Source: the human T2T-CHM13v2.0 reference genome, Homo sapiens
Reading direction: 5' to 3' (one strand)
Assembly (NCBI RefSeq): GCF_009914755.1
Contig: NC_060939.1
DNA length: 64,000 nucleotides
The position numbers were made by a program, and so were the translations under genes. The stretch's first letter is position 1. Each line of letters begins with the position of its first letter. Of this stretch, positions 57,101 through 64,000 are shown piece after piece. The notes below the pieces were generated by a model. It saw nothing but the letters and a program-made list of their open reading frames with translations, had not been told where the DNA came from and ran no database searches.

Positions 57101-60100
57101 ATTCCTACCGTTCGATTTCATTTTGTTCCAGTCCATTCTTTCGCGTCCATTCATTCCATTTCACTCCATTCGATTCCATTCCACTCGATTCCACTTCGTT
57201 CCATTTCATTGCATTCCATTCTATTCAACTCTATTGCCTTCCATTCCATTCCATTCGATTACATTCCATGCGATTCCATTCAAAATCGAATCAATTACAT
57301 TGCAATCCATTACTATTGAGTCCGTTTTATTCCAGTCCACTGCATTCTGGTCCATTCCATTTGATTCCATTCCATTCTATTCCATTCCATACAGTTGCAT
57401 TCCATTGGATTCCATGCTATATCTATAAATTCAATTCGAGACCATTGCTTTTGAGTCCATTCTATATGATTCCATTCCATTCAAGTCCATTACATTTGGT
57501 TAAATTCCATTCCATTCGGTTCAATTCCATTCCATTCCATTCCCTTCCATTCCATTCCAGTTGATATCAATCCATTCGATTCCATTCCATTCGAGCACAT
57601 TCCATTCGAGTCCATTCCATTCGATGCCATTCCATTTGATTCTATTCCATTAGTCTCCATTCAATTCCATTAATCTCCATTCCATTCCATTCTACTCCAA
57701 CTGATTCCATTCCATTCTATTCCTTTCCATTCCATTTCATTCCATTCCATTCCATTCCATTCCATTCCATTCCATTCCATTCCATTCGTGTCCATTCCAC
57801 TCCAGTCCATTCCATTCGTATCCATTCCATTCCAGTCCATTCCATTTGTGTCCACTGCATTCCATTCCACTCCATTCCATATTATTCCATTACACTCTAT
57901 TCCATTCTATTACTTTCATTTCCATTCAATTCCATTCCATTTGATTCCATTCCACTCGGTTTCATTCCATTTGAGTCCACTCCATTCCATTCCATTCCAT
58001 TCAGTTCCATTCCATTCTGTTCCATTCCATTCCGTTCCATTACATTCCATTCCATTCGGTACCATTCCATATTGTTCCATTCGATTCCATTCGAATCCAT
58101 TCCATTCCAGTCCATTCCATTCGATTCCATTCCATTCATTTCAATTCCATTCCATTCCATTCCATTACATTCCACTTGATTCCTCTCCATTCCCTTCCAC
58201 TGCATTCCGTTCGATTCCATTCCATTGCATTGCATTCCATTCCATTGGATTGCATTCCATTCGATTCCATTCCATTCGAATCAATTACATAGCAATCCAT
58301 TACATTCGAGTCTATTCTCTTCCGTTCCATTCGATTTCGTTCCAATCCATTCGATTCCATTCCATTCGATTCCATTCCATACTATTGCATTCCATTCGAT
58401 TACATTATATTCGAATAAGTTCCATTCAAGACCATTTCTTTTGAGTCCATTCTATTTGAGTCCATTCCCTTTGATTCCATAACATTTGAGTCCATTCAAT
58501 TCCATTCCTTTCGTTTCCATTCCATTTGATGCCATTCCATTCAATTCTGTTCTACTCGACTCCAATACATTCAATTCCATTCCATCCGATTCCATTACAT
58601 TCTTTTCATTTCTTATCCATTTCAAGCCATTCCACTCCATTCCATTCCACTCGTTTCCTTTCCATTCGAGTCCATTCCTCTCCAGTCCATTCCATTCAAT
58701 CCATTCCATTCCAGTCCATTCCATTCGAGTCCGTTCCATTCCAGTCCATTCCATTCGAGTCAATTCCATTCCATTCGATGTCTTTCCATAACGATCCATT
58801 CCATTCTATTCCTTTCGATTCCATTCCATTCTATTTCATTCCATTCGATTCCCTTCCATTGGACTCCTTTCCATTCGAGTGCATTCCATTCCGTTCCATT
58901 TCTTTCCGTTCTGTACGATTCCTACCGTTCGATTTCATTTTCTTCCAGTCCATTCTTTCGCGTCCATTCCATTCCATTTCACTCCATTCGATTCCATTCC
59001 ACTCGATTCCACTTCGTTCCATTTCATTGCATTCCATTCTATTCAACTCTATTGCCTTCCATTCCATTCCATTCGATTACATTCCATGCGATTCCATTCG
59101 AAATCGAATCAATTACATTGCAATCCATTACTATTGAGTCCGTTTTATTCCAGTCCACTGCATTCTGGTCCATTCCATTTGATTCCATTCCATTCTATTC
59201 CATTCCATACAGTTGCATTCCATTGGATTCCATGCTATATCTATAAATTCAATTCGAGACCATTGCTTTAGAGTCCATTCTATATGATTCCATTCCATTC
59301 AAGTCCATTACATTTGGTTAAATTCCATTCCATTCGGTTCAATTCCATTCCATTCCATTCCCTTCCATTCCATTCCAGTTGATATCAATCCATTCGATTC
59401 CATTCCATTCGAGCACATTCCATTCGAGTCCATTCCATTCGATGCCATTCCATTTGATTCTATTCCATTAGTCTCCATTCAATTCCATTAATCTCCATTC
59501 CATTCCATTCTACTCCAACTGATTCCATTCCATTCTATTCCTTTTTATTCCATTTCATTCCATTCCATTCCATTCCATTCCATTCCATTCCATTCCATTC
59601 GTGTCCATTCCACTCCAGTCCATTCCATTCGTATCCATTCCATTCCAGTCCATTCCATTTGTGTCCACTGCATTCCATTCCACTCCATTCCATATTATTC
59701 CATTACACTCCATTCCATTCTATTACTTTCATTTCCATTCAATTCCATTCCATTTGATTCCATTCCACTCGGTTTCATTCCATTTGAGTCCACTCCATTC
59801 CATTCCATTCCATTCAGTTCCATTCCATTCTGTTCCATTCCATTCCGTTCCATTACATTCCATTCCATTCGGTACCATTCCATATTGTTCCATTCGATTC
59901 CATTCGAATCCATTCCATTCCAGTCCATTCCATTCGATTCCATTCCATTCATTTCAATTCCATTCCATTCCATTCCATTACATTCCACTTGATTCCTCTC
60001 CATTCCCTTCCACTGCATTCCGTTCGATTCCATTCCATTGCATTGCATTCCATTCCATTGGATTGCATTCCATTCGATTCCATTCCATTCGAATCAATTA

Positions 60101-63100
60101 CATAGCAATCCATTACATTCGAGTCTATTCTCTTCCGTTCCATTCGATTTCGTTCCAATCCATTCGATTCCATTCCATTCGATTCCATTCCATACTATTG
60201 CATTCCATTCGATTACATTATATTCGAATAAGTTCCATTCAAGACCATTTCTTTTGAGTCCATTCTATTTGAGTCCATTCCCTTTGATTCCATAACATTT
60301 GAGTCCATTCAATTCCATTCCTTTCGTTTCCATTCCATTTGATGCCATTCCATTCAATTCTGTTCTACTCGACTCCAATACATTCAATTCCATTCCATCC
60401 GATTCCATTACATTCTTTTCATTTCTTATCCATTTCAAGCCATTCCACTCCATTCCATTCCACTCGTTTCCTTTCCATTCGAGTCCATTCCTCTCCAGTC
60501 CATTCCGTTCAATCCATTCCATTCCAGTCCATTCCATTCGAGTCCGTTCCATTCCAGTCCATTCCATTCGAGTCAATTCCATTCCATTCGATGTCTTTCC
60601 ATAACGATCCATTCCATTCTATTCCTTTCGATTCCATTCCATTCTATTTCATTCCATTCGATTCCCTTCCATTGGACTCCTTTCCATTCGAGTGCATTCC
60701 ATTCCGTTCCATTTCTTTCCGTTCTGTACGATTCCTACCGTTCGATTTCATTTTCTTCCAGTCCATTCTTTCGCGTCCATTCCTTTCCATTTCACTCCAT
60801 TCGATTCCATTCCACTCGATTCCACTTCGTTCCATTTCATTGCATTCCATTCTATTCAACTCTATTGCCTTCCATTCCATTCCATTCGATTACATTCCAT
60901 GCGATTCCATTCGAAATCGAATCAATTACATTGCAATCCATTACTATTGAGTCCGTTTTATTCCAGTCCACTGCATTCTGGTCCATTCCATTTGATTCCA
61001 TTCCATTCTATTCCATTCCATACAGTTGCATTCCATTGGATTCCATGCTATATCTATAAATTCAAGTCGAGACCATTGCTTTTGAGTCCATTCTATATGA
61101 TTCCATTCCATTCAAGTCCATTACATTTGGTTAAATTCCATTCCATTCGGTTCAATTCCATTCCATTCCATTCCCTTCCATTCCATTCCAGTTGATATCA
61201 ATCCATTCGATTCCATTCCATTCGAGCACATTCCATTCGAGTCCATTCCATTCGATGCCATTCCATTTGATTCTATTCCATTAGTCTCCATTCAATTCCA
61301 TTAATCTCCATTCCATTCCATTCTACTCCAACTGATTCCATTCCATTCTATTCCTTTTTATTCCATTCCATTCCATTCCATTCCATTCCATTCCATTCCA
61401 TTCGTGTCCATTCCACTCCAGTCCATTCCATTCGTATCCATTCCATTCCAGTCCATTCCATTTGTGTCCACTGCATTCCATTCCACTCCATTCCATATTA
61501 TTCCATTACACTCCATTCCATTCTATTACTTTCATTTCCATTCAATTCCATTCCATTTGATTCCATTCCACTCGGTTTCACTTTTTTTGAGTCCACTCCA
61601 TTCCATTCCATTCCATTCAGTTCCATTCCATTCTGTTCCATTCCATTCCGTTCCATTACATTCCATTCCATTCGGTACCATTCCATATTGTTCCATTCGA
61701 TTCCATTCGAATCCATTCCATTCCAGTCCATTCCATTCGATTCCATTCCATTCATTTCAATTCCATTCCATTCCATTCCATTACATTCCACTTGATTCCT
61801 CTCCATTCCCTTCCACTGCATTCCGTTCGATTCCATTCCATTGCATTGCATTCCATTCCATTGGATTGCATTCCATTCGATTCCATTCCATTCGAATCAA
61901 TTACATAGCAATCCATTACATTCGAGTCTATTCTCTTCCGTTCCATTCGATTTCGTTCCAATCCATTCGATTCCATTCCATTCGATTCCATTCCATACTA
62001 TTGCATTCCATTCGATTACATTATATTCGAATAAGTTCCATTCAAGACCATTTCTTTTGAGTCCATTCTATTTGAGTCCATTCCCTTTGATTCCATAACA
62101 TTTGAGTCCATTCAATTCCATTCCTTTCGTTTCCATTCCATTTGATGCCATTCCATTCAATTCTGTTCTACTCGACTCCAATACATTCAATTCCATTCCA
62201 TCCGATTCCATTACATTCTTTTCATTTCTTATCCATTTCAAGCCATTCCACTCCATTCCATTCCACTCGTTTCCTTTCCATTCGAGTCCATTCCTCTCCA
62301 GTCCATTCCGTTCAATCCATTCCATTCCAGTCCATTCCATTCGAGTCCGTTCCATTCCAGTCCATTCCATTCGAGTCAATTCCATTCCATTCGATGTCTT
62401 TCCATAACGATCCATTCCATTCTATTCCTTTCGATTCCATTCCATTCTATTTCATTCCATTCGATTCCCTTCCATTGGACTCCTTTCCATTCGAGTGCAT
62501 TCCATTCCGTTCCATTTCTTTCCGTTCTGTACGATTCCTACCGTTCGATTTCATTTTGTTCCAGTCCATTCCTTTCGCGTCCATTCCATTCCATTTCACT
62601 CCATTCGATTCCATTCCACTCGATTCCACTTCGTTCCATTTCATTGCATTCCATTCTATTCAACTCTATTGCCTTCCATTCCATTCCATTCGATTACATT
62701 CCATGCGATTCCATTCGAAATCGAATCAATTACATTGCAAACCATTACTATTGAGTCCGTTTTATTCCAGTCCACTGCATTCTGGTCCATTCCATTTGAT
62801 TCCATTCCATTCTATTCCATTCCATACAGTTGCATTCCATTGGATTCCATGCTATATCTATAAATTCAATTCGAGACCATTGCTTTTGAGTCCATTCTAT
62901 ATGATTCCATTCCATTCAAGTCCATTACATTTGGTTCAATTCCATTCCATTCCATTCCCTTTCATTCCATTCCATTTGATATCAATCCATTCGATTCCAT
63001 TCCATTCGAGCACATTCCATTCGAGTCCATTCCATTCGATGCCATTCCATTTGATTCTATTCCATTAGTCTCCATTCAATTCCATTAATCTCCATTCCAT

Positions 63101-64000
63101 TCCATTCTACTCCTACTGATTCAATTCCATTCTATTCCTTTCCATTCCATTTCATTCCATTCCATTCCATTTCATTCCATTCCATTCCATTCGTGTCCAT
63201 TCCACTCCAGTCCATTCCATTCGTGTCCATTCCATTCCAGTCCATTCCATTTGTGTCCACTGCATTCCATTCCACTCCATTCCATATTATTCCATTACAC
63301 TCCATTCCATTCTATTACTTTCATTTCCATTCAATTCCATTCCATTTGATTCCATTCCACTCGGTTTCATTCCATTTGAGTCCACTCCATTCCATTCCAT
63401 TAAATTCCATTCAGTTCCATTCCATTCCGTTCCATAACATTCCATTCCATTCGGTACCATTACATATTGTTCCATTCGATTCCATTCGAATCCATTCCAT
63501 TCCAGTCCATTCCATTCGATTCCATTCCATTCATTTCAATTCCATTCCATTCCATTCCATTCCATTCCACTTGATTCCTCTCCATTCCCTTCCACTGCAT
63601 TCCGTTCGATTCCATTCCATTGCATTGCATTCCATTCCATTGGATTGCATTCCATTCGATTCCATTCCATTCGAATCAATTACATAGCAATCCATTACAT
63701 TCGAGTCTATTCTATTCCGTTCCATTCGATTTCGTTCCAATCCATTCGATTCCATTCCATTCGATTCCATTCCATACTATTGCATTCCATTCGATTACAT
63801 TATATTCGAATAAGTTCCATTCAAGACCATTTCTTTTGAGTCCATTCTATTTGAGTCCATTCCCTTTGATTCCATAACATTTGAGTCCATTCAATTCCAT
63901 TCCTTTCGTTTCCATTCCATTTGATGCCATTCCATTCAATTCTGTTCTACTCGACTCCAATACATTCAATTCCATTCCATCCGATTCCATTACATTCTTT
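54159..64000 (+). repeat. Higher-order block 4 (A-A-C-D-E-F, truncated by the window end)
   Basis: Seen: two 1-bp-deletion units, both with TTCAAAATCG (~55468 and ~57279). C marker at ~58691, E marker at 61580, F-type unit from 63193. E-to-E spacing is 10837 bp. Confidence 0.82.

Larger units (their letters stand above)
1..64000 (+). repeat. Human satellite 3 (HSat3) array, diverged (CATTC)n on the + strand and (GGAAT)n on the - strand
   Basis: Seen: CATTC pentamers and variants (CATTCGATTC, CATTCGAGTC, CAGTC, CACTC) run end to end with no unique sequence, and the + strand is very G-poor throughout. Knowledge: long CATTCCATTC runs with interspersed CATTCGATTC characterise HSat3, whereas HSat2 is marked by CATTCGATGATG-type motifs, which are not seen here. 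Confidence 0.98.
1..64000 (+). repeat. D15Z1: Tandem ~1.8 kb KpnI monomer, about 35.5 copies, probably D15Z1 (chr15p HSat3)
   Basis: Seen: monomer starts at 1799, 3592, 5400, 7213, 9021, 10834, 12642, 14455, 16258, 18066, 19884, 21677, 23485, 25302, 27114, 28922, 30725, 32519, 34312, 36129, 37941, 39749, 41552, 43346, 45154, 46966, 48774, 50567, 52361, 54159, 55971, 57788, 59601, 61404, 63193 (spacing 1789-1818). GGTACC occurs once per unit (256, 2054, 3862 ...). Knowledge: D15Z1 is a 1.8 kb KpnI satellite III repeat on chr15p. The locus assignment is an inference without alignment. Confidence 0.75.

Noticed and set aside
46-63877. Hundreds of ORFs of 62-308 aa on both strands
   Set aside because: (CATTC)n has no stop codon in any frame and translates to HSIPF repeats, and the reverse strand gives MEWNG repeats. 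The ORFs overlap in all frames, recur with the monomer and are freely frameshifted between copies, so there is no evidence of coding.
1-64000. CRISPR-like or other repeat-spacer system
   Set aside because: There are no unique spacers and no associated genes. The sequence between landmarks is the same in every unit.
1-64000. Inversions or Alu/L1 insertions within the array
   Set aside because: The + strand stays CATTC-oriented throughout. Unit spacing never departs from 1789-1818 bp, which leaves no room for insertions.
1-64000. Assignment to DYZ1 (Yq), HSat2 or telomeric repeat
   Set aside because: The period is 1.8 kb rather than the ~3.6 kb of DYZ1, HSat2-type GATGAT motifs are not seen, and the core unit is CATTC rather than TTAGGG.

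Overview
The whole 64 kb window is one uninterrupted, single-orientation array of (CATTC/GGAAT)n classical satellite of the human satellite 3 (HSat3) type. It contains about 35.5 tandem copies of a ~1.8 kb monomer (1789-1818 bp) that are nearly identical, each carrying one KpnI site (GGTACC) and one EcoRV site (GATATC). This matches the known 1.8 kb KpnI satellite D15Z1 of the chromosome 15 short arm, though I could not confirm the assignment by alignment. I see no genes, RNA genes, transposons or CRISPR arrays, and no evidence for a new protein-based system. All listed ORFs are artefacts of translating the pentamer (HSIPF / MEWNG). What is of interest is a nested repeat hierarchy: 5 bp pentamer, an ancient ~828 bp-offset duplication inside the monomer, the 1.8 kb monomer, and higher-order blocks. 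A left domain (to ~24 kb) has imperfect 5- and 10-monomer periods (~9.04 and 18.085 kb). A right domain has 6/6/5/6-monomer blocks with a probable 11-monomer (~19.85 kb) super-period. Monomers are numbered U1-U36 from the GTGTCC that follows the pure CATTC tract. All variant calls were made by eye.
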